NCBI GenBank assembly: GCA_016839815.1
Contig: JAEOTM010000163.1
Coordinates: forward strand, 1-21,793
Reading direction: 5' to 3'
DNA length: 21,793 nt
DNA from: Candidatus Hodarchaeota archaeon
Lineage (GTDB): Archaea; Asgardarchaeota; Heimdallarchaeia; Hodarchaeales; Hodarchaeaceae
Shown: piece after piece, positions 10,201-18,600 of the stretch
How positions within the stretch are numbered: position 1 is the stretch's first letter
Layout: every line of letters starts with the position of its first letter
Position numbers and translations under genes: made by a program
The notes under the pieces: model-generated
Databases searched by the model: none
What the model was told of the DNA's origin: nothing
What the model saw: only the letters and a program-made list of their open reading frames with translations

Positions 10201-10382
10201 TCAATACTGTTAGGTACTTCAACAGATTCCCAGATGAATTTATCTGGATTCTTCAGTTCCTCATTTCTCTTAGCTCCTTGTATTTCGAGTACAGAAGGTA
10301 GAGTGACGATTAGAGTACTAAAAATTAGAATAGGCAATATAAGAATGAGATAAAAGCCTTTCTGAGCGTTTTTTCGTTTCAC
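7263..10382 (-). CDS. Family-5 (DppA/OppA-like) solute-binding domain + DxDxDG Ca-binding repeats + TM helix + cytoplasmic TPR-like domain
   Basis: N-terminal signal/TM. SBP_bac_5 motifs SLDPA, IYETLVGY, LATSWSVTPNGRVYTFNLRKNVRFHDG, GTGPY, GWAADFADPDNF. Then DRDIDGMPDIWE...DLDGDWVSNVDEY, a hydrophobic helix followed by RKENNKR, and TPR-like helices (ATALYYQCEFLKAIQQYESAL; AESEKNWGSAEKEWQTAL). Confidence 0.88.
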   Translation of the reverse strand: MKRKNAQKGFYLILILPILIFSTLIVTLPSVLEIQGAKRNEELKNPDKFIWESVEVPNSIDSLDPAINYATPGCTVVEMIYETLVGYQGNSVEKLEGRLATSWSVTPNGRVYTFNLRKNVRFHDGVIFNAYIMKYSIDRAILLNDPWGPSWMIARVIKGGAAYMQYFNPNFTEAQTYLDAGGVVVLDDYTLEIHLESAYSPFVNSLAFDIGSAISPKAVIENRPESYSAFYGDKTYGMFPLDKWFPSLTDYTKLGLASDHNPKISGVVPGSHRASVSYHSWMKEHAIGTGPYKLKGKGENSITLLKNENWWGSFSVHSVEEVEIRAEIDDETRFQNLINGDSDMAYVGKPDAFKLMSPAGTSLYEGINTITAPTSTTFFLGMNMKESLPEIYLNESEDSTYDANTLFRFSKGSQKASVDNPFTSVLFRKAMANVFDYSNFIDNVLNGIGKQMTGIIPEGIFGHTTQLQEDGLLPSYDLETARSLFEEVGWQGTIKLVYPVFNEVQAFMYLSLANSLVFADVGIRAILEPVDMDCYDEGAWRQHFPFYFCGWAADFADPDNFITPYLHGQYGVFASRLSYDNPSLDTLIDSAAIEQDSNTRQDMYQVIEELAANDSLYIYLNQDLKLIVYRDWIQNYEESGSLNPMSISPNFQYIDKMYAFYDRDIDGMPDIWEFQMGLDARDPSDAKIDLDGDWVSNVDEYRGGSDPRDFWSFPLISFSIFHIGLLFILANLGLAALLIQFRKENNKRALITQLKAPDYSTALKIQKLGFTDYLALVQTETDAKTLVEKATALYYQCEFLKAIQQYESALDVFTFLENDRMIAETLFHIARLQKETQILSHESQILQRFPTAPYTDPVVSAFQHMIQALHAESEKNWGSAEKEWQTALDIKDLEVEFQVICQGALVASEFKTWLSFPSPIAKKKLLTMLNKWQDDCENNKHYSELCQVYLLRARIELASFQYDQVEKWINRCVRVAQQESMKLYHDIAMKETKKFEKVRSNISSILKLDTELSPEEQNKRVEEYVREALGIKKSQKDNQ

Positions 10383-10428
10383 TTAGAATCGTCCCTATTT
10401 CTACATTAAGAGGTTTTGTAAAGCTGGA

Positions 10429-10445
10429 TTATATAGTTGGTTTTT
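10429..10445 (-). promoter_or_regulatory. Archaeal TATA box with A-rich BRE-like element upstream of the SBP-TPR gene
   Basis: Minus-strand TATATAA (10429-10435), preceded by AAAAACCAAC, about 47 nt upstream of the GTG start. Confidence 0.45.
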
Positions 10446-10500
10446 GAGGCAAATGACTTTGTGAGATTAGTGGAATAATGACCAGATTTAAGCTGTACCT

Positions 10501-10522
10501 ATCAAAATATCGATATATTGAT
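10501..10522. promoter_or_regulatory. 22-bp near-perfect palindrome, candidate transcription-factor site
   Basis: ATCAAAATATCGATATATTGAT; 10 of 11 symmetric pairs match. Confidence 0.45.
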
Positions 10523-10608
10523 GAATAAATCTGTGACTAACTCGTACATAAGCCTAGACAGTTCTCCAGAAAATAATCTCGTAGGTAAAATCTATTAGCT
10601 CATTATAG

Positions 10609-10655
10609 AAAAAAAGGGGAAAGGAAAAGATGAATCTTTCATTCATTTTTTTCCT
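10609..10655 (-). terminator. Hairpin plus U-tract terminator of the Kelch gene
   Basis: Imperfect inverted repeat AGGAAAAGATGAAT/ATTCATTTTTTTCCT (10622-10655), then T7 on the minus strand (A-run 10609-10615); begins about 20 nt after the stop at 10677. Confidence 0.5.
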
Positions 10656-10676
10656 GATTTGACAATTCTGATCCAA

Positions 10677-11873
10677 TTACTTCCTTCGAATCTTCCTTAA
10701 CTTTCCAAAAATTGTGAGAATTAGTAAGAAGAGAAAAACAAACTCGGAATTAGAAGTCGTAGCTTGAGTAGTAGTCGTAATAGTAACAGTGGTGGTAGAA
10801 GTAATAGTAGTTGGATTAGTAGATGTTGTAGTGGGTTCTAAACTATGGAAATCGAAGATAAAGGTTCCAGACATAAATTCAAACGGAGAAATACTTGAAA
10901 CTCCTCCAAAAAGAACGGCCACATTGTTATTTAAATCGTAAACCATCCTTCCTGAGCTTACTTCAGGAACCGCTGTGTTATCCATCTGTATCCAGGTATC
11001 TTGAGTGAGATTGAGATTCCATACATCATTGAGAATGTTAGTTGCAATATATTCACTTTCTCTCCCTCCTAATATTAAAACTCGATGATTATTCTTGTCA
11101 TAGCTCATCGAATGCCAATAGCGAGTAATTGGTTTTATTTCCTGATCAATTATCTTCCATGAACTGTTATGATAAAAATAGGTCCAGATCGTATTCTCAA
11201 CTTTTGATTCAGTTCGTCCTCCAAAAAGGATCCCCCGCTGATTGAGTGGATCATATACCATCTGATGGCCATACATCTCAGGAGGGACATTCAGAGAAGT
11301 AATTTTAGTCCAGGTATTTACACTGAGATTATAGGCCCACAAGTCATTCGAATAGTAATCAAAGGCGGTACGATATCCTCCAAAGAGGATAAAGAGCTGG
11401 TTATTTGTATCATAGTAAAAACTTGCATCTGATCTGGATGGAGGAGCTGAAGGCGGAAAAACTTGCGACCATTCATCGGTTTGACAATCAAAGATCCAGG
11501 TTTCATCCATAGCCGCTCCTGCCTCTGATAATCCACCAAAACAGACAATCTTCTCATGAAAAACACTGTATGCCATTGAGTGATGAGCAATTAATCCAGG
11601 ACTAGTATTTAGCTGAATGAGATCCCACATTTTAGTTGTACTGTTGAAATTCCAAGTTTCATTTGAATGAACGACAGAGGTGCCTTCAGTTTCAATTACA
11701 CCTCCAAATAGGATAGTTCTCTCGTTCATTTCATCGAAAATCATGTCATGTCCATATCTATCAGAAAGAACTAAATCATTTTGGGTAGAAAGTGGTTTTC
11801 CCTGGACGGTGATTAAGACCATTAATAGTAGGAGTAGAGAGGTGAAAGAGAAGAGGTTTTTCCGTCTATTCAT
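10677..11873 (-). CDS. Cell-surface Kelch-repeat six-bladed beta-propeller with Thr-rich stalk and C-terminal membrane anchor
   Basis: Six blades each with (F/L)GG, mostly followed by (D/E/T)xWx(F/Y). Signal peptide MNRRKNLFSFTSLLLLLMVLITVQG (ATG 11873; ORF opens at 11975). PTTTSTNPTTITSTTT stalk, TM, KLRKIRRK. Confidence 0.88.
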   Translation of the reverse strand: MNRRKNLFSFTSLLLLLMVLITVQGKPLSTQNDLVLSDRYGHDMIFDEMNERTILFGGVIETEGTSVVHSNETWNFNSTTKMWDLIQLNTSPGLIAHHSMAYSVFHEKIVCFGGLSEAGAAMDETWIFDCQTDEWSQVFPPSAPPSRSDASFYYDTNNQLFILFGGYRTAFDYYSNDLWAYNLSVNTWTKITSLNVPPEMYGHQMVYDPLNQRGILFGGRTESKVENTIWTYFYHNSSWKIIDQEIKPITRYWHSMSYDKNNHRVLILGGRESEYIATNILNDVWNLNLTQDTWIQMDNTAVPEVSSGRMVYDLNNNVAVLFGGVSSISPFEFMSGTFIFDFHSLEPTTTSTNPTTITSTTTVTITTTTQATTSNSEFVFLFLLILTIFGKLRKIRRK

Positions 11874-12008
11874 AAAAAGTAACAACCTATCATTGGTTAA
11901 GTAAAAAACTAAGGTAAATAACGCTCTTAAGGTGTTCACTCGTTTAAATACTGATTGAAGTGGGCAAAAAATCAAAAAAAAACAGATTAAGCACGTTTCA
12001 ATCTGGAT

Positions 12009-12551
12009 TTATTTTTTATAATATTGCAAAAACTGATGTTTATCAGGATCAAGGTCCTTAATTATTTCAGCAGCACGCTTAACATCAATTTGGACTAGTG
12101 GCTTGAATTGTTTAGCCATCTCCTCTGGATCGTTGATTTTCTCAGTGAGGGAGTAAAGAGCGGCCCATAGATGATCATCAAAGACTTTAAGTGCTTTTTT
12201 GGAATCAATTTTAAATAAAGGTTCGTAAAGTTTTCTGAAGGAGCGTTCATCACAGGTTTTAGTAACAGAGACCTGCATGATTTTCCAGATATGTTCTGTA
12301 ACCTCTCCAATGTTAAATTTAGTCAAGGAGAGTAATTGTGAGCGTAGCTCAATTGGATCCTTAATTTCTCGTGTTAGGGAATATAACTTAACCCATAGAC
12401 GAGCTTCAACTAATTTGACTGCTTCTTTATGCCTGATCTTAAATATGGGTTCAAACATCTTCCGATATGCATGTTTATCTCCAATATTTATTTTAGAAGA
12501 ACAGAGCATGATCCAGAGTTGTTTTTCGATCTTTTCCTTATATTCTCCCAT
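12009..12551 (-). CDS. Hypothetical soluble alpha-helical repeat protein (internal 76-aa duplication)
   Basis: GGTGA SD before the ATG; Trp at residues 13/53/89/129, each followed by Asp at +12; A-rich tract at 11967-11982 would be a minus-strand U-tract after the stop. Confidence 0.8.
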   Translation of the reverse strand: MGEYKEKIEKQLWIMLCSSKINIGDKHAYRKMFEPIFKIRHKEAVKLVEARLWVKLYSLTREIKDPIELRSQLLSLTKFNIGEVTEHIWKIMQVSVTKTCDERSFRKLYEPLFKIDSKKALKVFDDHLWAALYSLTEKINDPEEMAKQFKPLVQIDVKRAAEIIKDLDPDKHQFLQYYKK

Positions 12552-12655
12552 AAAATCACCAATTTAACGTTATTCTACAATTTCATTTAAGAAATTGGTT
12601 TAAAAATTAATCCCAAGAATGTTTGTTTTATACTAGATTTTTTGAGTAGATCACC

Positions 12656-12678
12656 TTTTAATGTATATTACATTGAAA
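12656..12678. promoter_or_regulatory. Inverted repeat in divergent promoter region, candidate operator
   Basis: TTTTAATGTA-TAT-TACATTGAAA; 9 of 10 arm positions pair; 47 nt upstream of the beta-helix gene start. Confidence 0.35.
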
Positions 12679-12725
12679 TAATGCTAGAAAATTTTCGACG
12701 AGAATGCGATATTTAGGTAAATAAG

Positions 12726-13652
12726 GTGGCTCATTTGAGACTAAGAGTGTTTTTATTCATTTTAATTATGTATATCTCAATTCAGATTATTCCAGTCAGC
12801 AAAAGTAATCCCGATGAGGTATTAAAAAGTAATACGTGGGATAATACGATACATATAGATAATGACACAGAATTAGCCATGTTTTCATCAAGTGGATCGG
12901 GAACAGAGAACGATCCATATATTATTGAAAATTTAAGAATGAATCCTTCCTCTTATATCCATTACTATGTAAAAGGAGGCATAATCATCAGACACACGAC
13001 AAAACACTTCATCGTCCGAAACTGTGAAATTGAAGGCCAATTAACATATGGTGGTATCAGAATTGATGAAGTGGCAGATAATACTGCTCAAGTGTATAAC
13101 AACATTGTTACCAACTGCTATTCCGGTATCACCATGTATAATTGCAGTTATAATACGGTTATAGAAAATAACGTATTTAACTGTGAATATGGGATTTCCT
13201 TAGTCTTTGCAGAATATATCACAATAACTCAAAACAATTGTAGTTTCAATAACCTTTTTGGGATAACCTTGATTCATAATCCTTCTAGAGCTGCCACAAT
13301 AACGTTAAATACCTTACTCAAGAACAGTAAATATGGGGTATTTCTAAATGATCGAAGTAGTGATTGCCTCATCTATAAGAATGACTTCGATGAGAATAAT
13401 AAAGGATCTACAAATGCCCTTGATGATGGAATCAATAATACCTGGTATGATGAGGTCACGAAAAAAGGGAATTATTGGGCACAACACAAAAGTACAGATC
13501 CATACCATATAGACGGTTCAGCAAATTCAAAAGATATGTACCCTCTCCAGCGAAGTATAAATGCACCACATAATGGTTTGATATCAGGATGGTATCTTAG
13601 TTTCGTTCTAATGGCATTAATGCTTATCTCTTTGTCTAAGCGAAGGAAATAA
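12726..13652 (+). CDS. NosD/CASH-type right-handed parallel beta-helix surface protein with C-terminal anchor
   Basis: Signal peptide; GSGTENDPYIIENL cap; repeated NN...GI.L turns; GNYW...D.YPL end; ISGW-TM-KRRK tail. Confidence 0.88.
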   Translation: MAHLRLRVFLFILIMYISIQIIPVSKSNPDEVLKSNTWDNTIHIDNDTELAMFSSSGSGTENDPYIIENLRMNPSSYIHYYVKGGIIIRHTTKHFIVRNCEIEGQLTYGGIRIDEVADNTAQVYNNIVTNCYSGITMYNCSYNTVIENNVFNCEYGISLVFAEYITITQNNCSFNNLFGITLIHNPSRAATITLNTLLKNSKYGVFLNDRSSDCLIYKNDFDENNKGSTNALDDGINNTWYDEVTKKGNYWAQHKSTDPYHIDGSANSKDMYPLQRSINAPHNGLISGWYLSFVLMALMLISLSKRRK

Positions 13653-13796
13653 ATTCAATTCAAATGTTTTAAGAACTCAGATTCCAATACTTACCAAAAG
13701 AAACCGAAAATTGAATTGATTTACGAGAAGGATATCATTTCTCATAAAAAGGAGGCATCTCAAAGAATCCTTAGGATAGAAGGAGATGTTCTCTCG

Positions 13797-14825
13797 TTGA
13801 AAAGGTCGAGTATTATTTTTATTGTCATTTTGATTTTGAGTTCTCTACCTCTTGTTTTAGTCCTCCTTAAACTAGAAGACGAACAGAAAATCACCTCGAA
13901 CGAAGATTTCTTCACCTTATCAATTGGTGATATTCCTACAATCAATGTATCTAATTGGTATTTACCCATAAATGGAGAGGTTGAAAATCCCGTTATTTAT
14001 ACATATGAGAATTTAACCTCCTTACCAAATATAGCTGTTAATGCTACTTTACAAAGTGTAAGTGGCTACTCAGGAAGGGCTGAATGGCGGGGAGTTCCTT
14101 TAAAAGATGTGTTAGAAGTAGTACGACCAACTGAGAACGCTTATGATATAATTTTTTATGCTGCAGATGGGTACACGTCATCATTACGACTTAAAGAGAT
14201 CGAAATGTCCGAAATCCTACTAGTATTCGAAATGAATAGAGAAACATTACCCGCAAGTCAAGGTTTTCCATTACGTGTGGTGGCCCCAGGATATTATGGG
14301 TACAAGTGGGTGAAATGGGTTGTGAGGATTGAGGCGGTTGATTATGATTATAAAGGGTTTTGGGAAACTAGAGGTTGGAATGATTATGCTAAAATCTCTT
14401 TTGAGCGAGATTGGTCAGTTCATGCGATTCTATTTTCGATTTCATTCATGTTTGGTGTAGCTTCGATCATGACAGGTTTAAGATACTCTAAGACAACCGA
14501 TACATTTCGTGATCTTCCCCGTTTTATGAATCGGAGATTTCATCACTTTTTATCCCTTTCCTATGTCATCTCTGCTATCATTGTTTTTATTTACTGGATC
14601 ATCCAAACCTTTATCGATCGGGGTGCATTTTTTTATACCTTACACGGAATAGTTGGTGGTCTATCAATATTATTACTCCTAATTACGGCAATCACTGGGA
14701 TGAAACGATATATTCGAGACCCGAGCTATAGAGGCTTTCATCGGGGTATTTACCCTTGGGCCGTGTTCTTCTTCTCGGTTTCTATTGTTTTCGGTCTGTT
14801 AATTTCGGTTATCTTTTTCTACTGA
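13797..14825 (+). CDS. Sulfite-oxidase/MsrP(YedY)-family molybdopterin-binding domain fused to a C-terminal cytochrome b561-like 4-TM domain
   Basis: W.L.I.GEVENP, AEWRGVPL, AADGYTSS, EMNRETLPASQGFPLRVVAPGYYGYKWVKWV, GFWETRGW; then four TMs each with a His. N-terminal TM. TTG 13797 with a GAAGGAG SD is preferred over the ORF start at 13716. Confidence 0.88.
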   Translation: MKRSSIIFIVILILSSLPLVLVLLKLEDEQKITSNEDFFTLSIGDIPTINVSNWYLPINGEVENPVIYTYENLTSLPNIAVNATLQSVSGYSGRAEWRGVPLKDVLEVVRPTENAYDIIFYAADGYTSSLRLKEIEMSEILLVFEMNRETLPASQGFPLRVVAPGYYGYKWVKWVVRIEAVDYDYKGFWETRGWNDYAKISFERDWSVHAILFSISFMFGVASIMTGLRYSKTTDTFRDLPRFMNRRFHHFLSLSYVISAIIVFIYWIIQTFIDRGAFFYTLHGIVGGLSILLLLITAITGMKRYIRDPSYRGFHRGIYPWAVFFFSVSIVFGLLISVIFFY

Positions 14826-14907
14826 GAAGAATCCTGTTTGCAATGGGGAAAAAGAGAATTTAAAATGCCATTAATTTATTAAGTCACTTGACCTCATTGT
14901 CCTAATT

Positions 14908-15618
14908 ATGTACGAAGCTTCTGAAACCTCTCACTATTTTGACAGTACTTATGGAAAAATCCATTATACATCGATTCCAGTAAAAAATATAAAGGATCAA
15001 GCGGATCAAAAGCCTATCATCTTTTTTTTGCATGGTGCGAGTAAAAAAACGCAAAATGTACACTTTTGGAATCCCCTGCATGAGTCGATCGTTAACCATT
15101 GTATCCCCATTAAAGTGGATACATTAGGAAACGGTCTGTCACATTTCTACGGCAGAGAAATTGAAGAAACGTTTGATATTAAACAGGATAGCTTAAGAGA
15201 GTTAATAAATCATCTAACATCCCAATTTTCTAATAAAAGATTTGGAATAGTTGGAAGGAGTCTAGGAGGTGCATTAGCTGTAAGTATTGCAGCAGAACTA
15301 GACAATAAGATTGATCTCTTAGGTTTAATTGCTCCAGGGGGACTGAAAACACTAACAAATCAACTGATTATGTGGAAAAAACCAATATCAATCCTCTGGG
15401 ATGTCAAGGATCCAGTGGTCCCATTTCAATCTTTTGAGTTTTTAAAGAATTTAAATCTTCCTGCCTTAAAATTGTATACCATAGGTCAGACTTCTGAAGT
15501 AACTGTCAACTCTGTACCTAGAACAGATACACATGATGCTACTCCCACTCATGTCCCCGAGCTGGTTGCCCCTCAACTGTTTACACACTTTCTTAAAGAT
15601 CTCTGTGGTCAAAGCTAA
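14908..15618 (+). CDS. Alpha/beta fold hydrolase
   Basis: FLHGAS oxyanion loop, GRSLGG nucleophile elbow, ILWDVKDPVVP (catalytic Asp), THVPE (catalytic His). Confidence 0.88.
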   Translation: MYEASETSHYFDSTYGKIHYTSIPVKNIKDQADQKPIIFFLHGASKKTQNVHFWNPLHESIVNHCIPIKVDTLGNGLSHFYGREIEETFDIKQDSLRELINHLTSQFSNKRFGIVGRSLGGALAVSIAAELDNKIDLLGLIAPGGLKTLTNQLIMWKKPISILWDVKDPVVPFQSFEFLKNLNLPALKLYTIGQTSEVTVNSVPRTDTHDATPTHVPELVAPQLFTHFLKDLCGQS

Positions 15619-15684
15619 GCTTGTAGATGTATTTCCTTCCGGTTGTTAAAGAAGATACCCCCCTTTGTAAACTTATTACTCCCA

Positions 15685-18600
15685 TTATCTTCTCTTTACT
15701 CGTCTGATAGGTAGGACTACTAAAAGCATAGTTAAAGCAACAGTGAAGGTCCATCCTGGAGCAATAGTACGTGTTGTAGTAGTAGATTCCTCTTCCGTCG
15801 TAATGCTAGATACCTCAAGAGGAAGGAGCTTATGTGGTTCTCGATCATCATACCCATAAATACCAAACATATCATCGAGTACTCTTGCGCCTCCATCAAA
15901 TACAGTAATGAAAAAATACACAACAACGCCTTCTGTATCAGACAAATCCCAATCCATGCTCCATTCATACCACGTATCTTGGGTGACATCTGTAGTGAAA
16001 GAATCCCATATAACACTTTCTAAATTAAAGGTCATTGTCGTTTGACTTGCATACAGAACTATAACACGAATATCAAGGTCTACAGGACCAGTTTCTTCGA
16101 ATAAGAAATTATAACCAAGTGTAATGGAATCAGGGCGTTCTTCATAGTAATCCTCATGGATCTGTTCGTATTCAAAAACTACTCCTTGAAAAGCAGTAAC
16201 ATCGGTCCAAGAGACCCATTCTTCGATTTGGAAATTTGTAGAAGAACCACTCACAGATGCTAGGGCAACGGAGATATTGTAGTTTCCAGTATACAATGCT
16301 GACCAGATAAATGAGATGGAGTACCAAGTGTCTAGAGTGACATCTTCATCAAAGAACTCATAAATATAGGTTTCAATATACTGCCAATGTTGATTCTGCT
16401 CATTCCAATATTGGATCCTCAATAAACCAATTAAAAACGTAGGACCAGATTTGCTGAAGCTCAAATCAACCCCGATTTCAATTGTATCTATTAACCCATC
16501 AGAATCTTCATCGTACTCAATAGCCCATAGATTCCAGTCATTAATGAGCTGATATTTGTATGCGTCCTGCCAGGTGACTGTTTCATCGATCAAATGTTTA
16601 TGAGAAGTAGACTCCCAGATTGATATTTGAAACTCGAAATCTCCATTATCACTTGCTGACCAGCGGACAGAGAATGTATACCATTCTCCTGCGGTTACCT
16701 CTTCATTAAACTGACCATTAGCATAATTAATCCAATCCCAACGTTCATTTTGCTCATCCCAAATACTAATTTCTGCTTCAAGGTATAAATCTACCCATCC
16801 GCTAGATGTGAATCTAAGGTCGTACCCTATTTCGATAGTATCCATGTAGCCATCATTATCTTCATCATACTCCTTATACCAACTATCCCATTCATCAAGG
16901 AAGTCAAATACATAAGCATTATCCCACTCAATGGTTTCCTCAATCATAGTTCCACCATTTTCCCCGTTTATCGTTATAAGAAATTCATAGTCTCCATCAT
17001 ACCAAGCTGACCACTCGAATGAGCAATAGTACCATTTATTTTCCATTATGTCTCCCTCGAACTCATCATAATAGTATTCGAGATAATCCCAATCTTGATA
17101 ATTTTCATCCCAATAGCGGATTTCTGCTCGAAGGTATAATGTTATTTCGCCAGTTAAGGTGAAAGACATATCAAATCCAATCTCAATGGTGTCATCATAA
17201 CCATCCCCATCTTTATCAGATTCCTTGTACCAACTATCCCATTCTTTAATAGGATTATAAGCACAATTAGCATTCCATTCAAACAGTTCATTGATAATAG
17301 GAATATCGAGTCTATATTCTACAATATCAACCAAGAATTCATGCATTCCACTATCTCTGGCTTGCCACTTCATCGACCAGGTATGTAAGTCACCTGCAGT
17401 AACCTCTAGGTCGAGGTCATCGTAAATATTGTCAATCCAGCTCCAATGTCCATATTCAACATTCCAATATCTGATTTCAACCCGAATTCCCAACTCCACA
17501 TGGCCTGTATAACTGAATTTGAGGTTGTAACCGATTTCAAAAGTATCTTCACATCCATCTCCATCCTCATCGGAATCTTCCGTCCAGCTGTCCCAAGAGT
17601 CCAGGAGAGTGAAAGCCTTTGCCCCATTCCACACAATCCATTCTTCGATTAAGGGTCTTCCACTATCTTCGTCACGAATGTAAATCGAAAAGTTATAATT
17701 ACCATCGTACCACGCAGTCCACTGGAACGACTTGTCATATACTTCACCTCTTTTCACATCTTCCCCAAAATAGTCCCAATCGGAGGTGATATGTTCCCAA
17801 AACCCGTTCCAATAAAAGATGTCAATTCTAAAATCTAGCCATACCCAATCAGAAAAACTAAAATTGAAGGAAAATTGCAGTGATATTGTGTCCTCAAACA
17901 TATCCCCATCTTCATCGTACTTATCAACTGTACTACCATACTGATAGAAAAATGAAAATGAAGTCGCACCACTCCATGCGACCCATTCGTAAATAACTGG
18001 GTACTCGAGGTTGTAACCTTCGATCTCAATCGAAAAATTGTAGTCTCCAGCGTACCATGCTCTCCAGGCAAAAGAAAGGTTATACGTTTCCCCAGCGGTC
18101 ACATCTTCCCCAAAATACTCATAATCGGAGGTGAGATACTCCCAATACCCATTCCAATAATAGATTTCCATCCTAACATTTAACCGTACCCAGTCTGAAA
18201 CACTGAAGTTCAGAAAGTACCAAAATTCTATAGTATCATTTAGACTATCCCCATCTTCGTCAGATTCCTCAATCCACCTTTCCCATTCATGGAGAAGTGA
18301 AAATTGTGAGGCATCATTCCAAAGTACTGTCTCCTCAACAACGTAGAGACCAGTAGAATAATCATAAACGGTGATGAAAAAACTGTAATTACCATCGTAC
18401 CACGCTCTCCATTGGTAAGACCAGACATAAGCGTTAGAGGGTTCCACATATCCGTCGAACCATTCCCAGTCGTAGTCGAGATGGTTCCATTCTTGGTCTT
18501 CCCAAAAGAAGATTTGAATGTTAAATTCGAACTCCACCCATTCAGAAACTGTGAAATCTGAAAATTCATAAAAAAATTCAATTGTATCGATTGCTCCATC

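Noticed and set aside
10755-10835. GTA/GTG-rich low-complexity DNA
   Set aside because: Explained by the Thr/Ser-rich stalk of the Kelch protein.
12726-13652. nosD of a nitrous-oxide reductase cluster
   Set aside because: No nosZ/F/Y/L nearby; this is a generic beta-helix surface protein with a C-terminal anchor.
14055-14057. Selenocysteine at the Mo-ligand position
   Set aside because: The codon is AGT (Ser), not TGA. No gene here needs TGA read-through to complete a domain.
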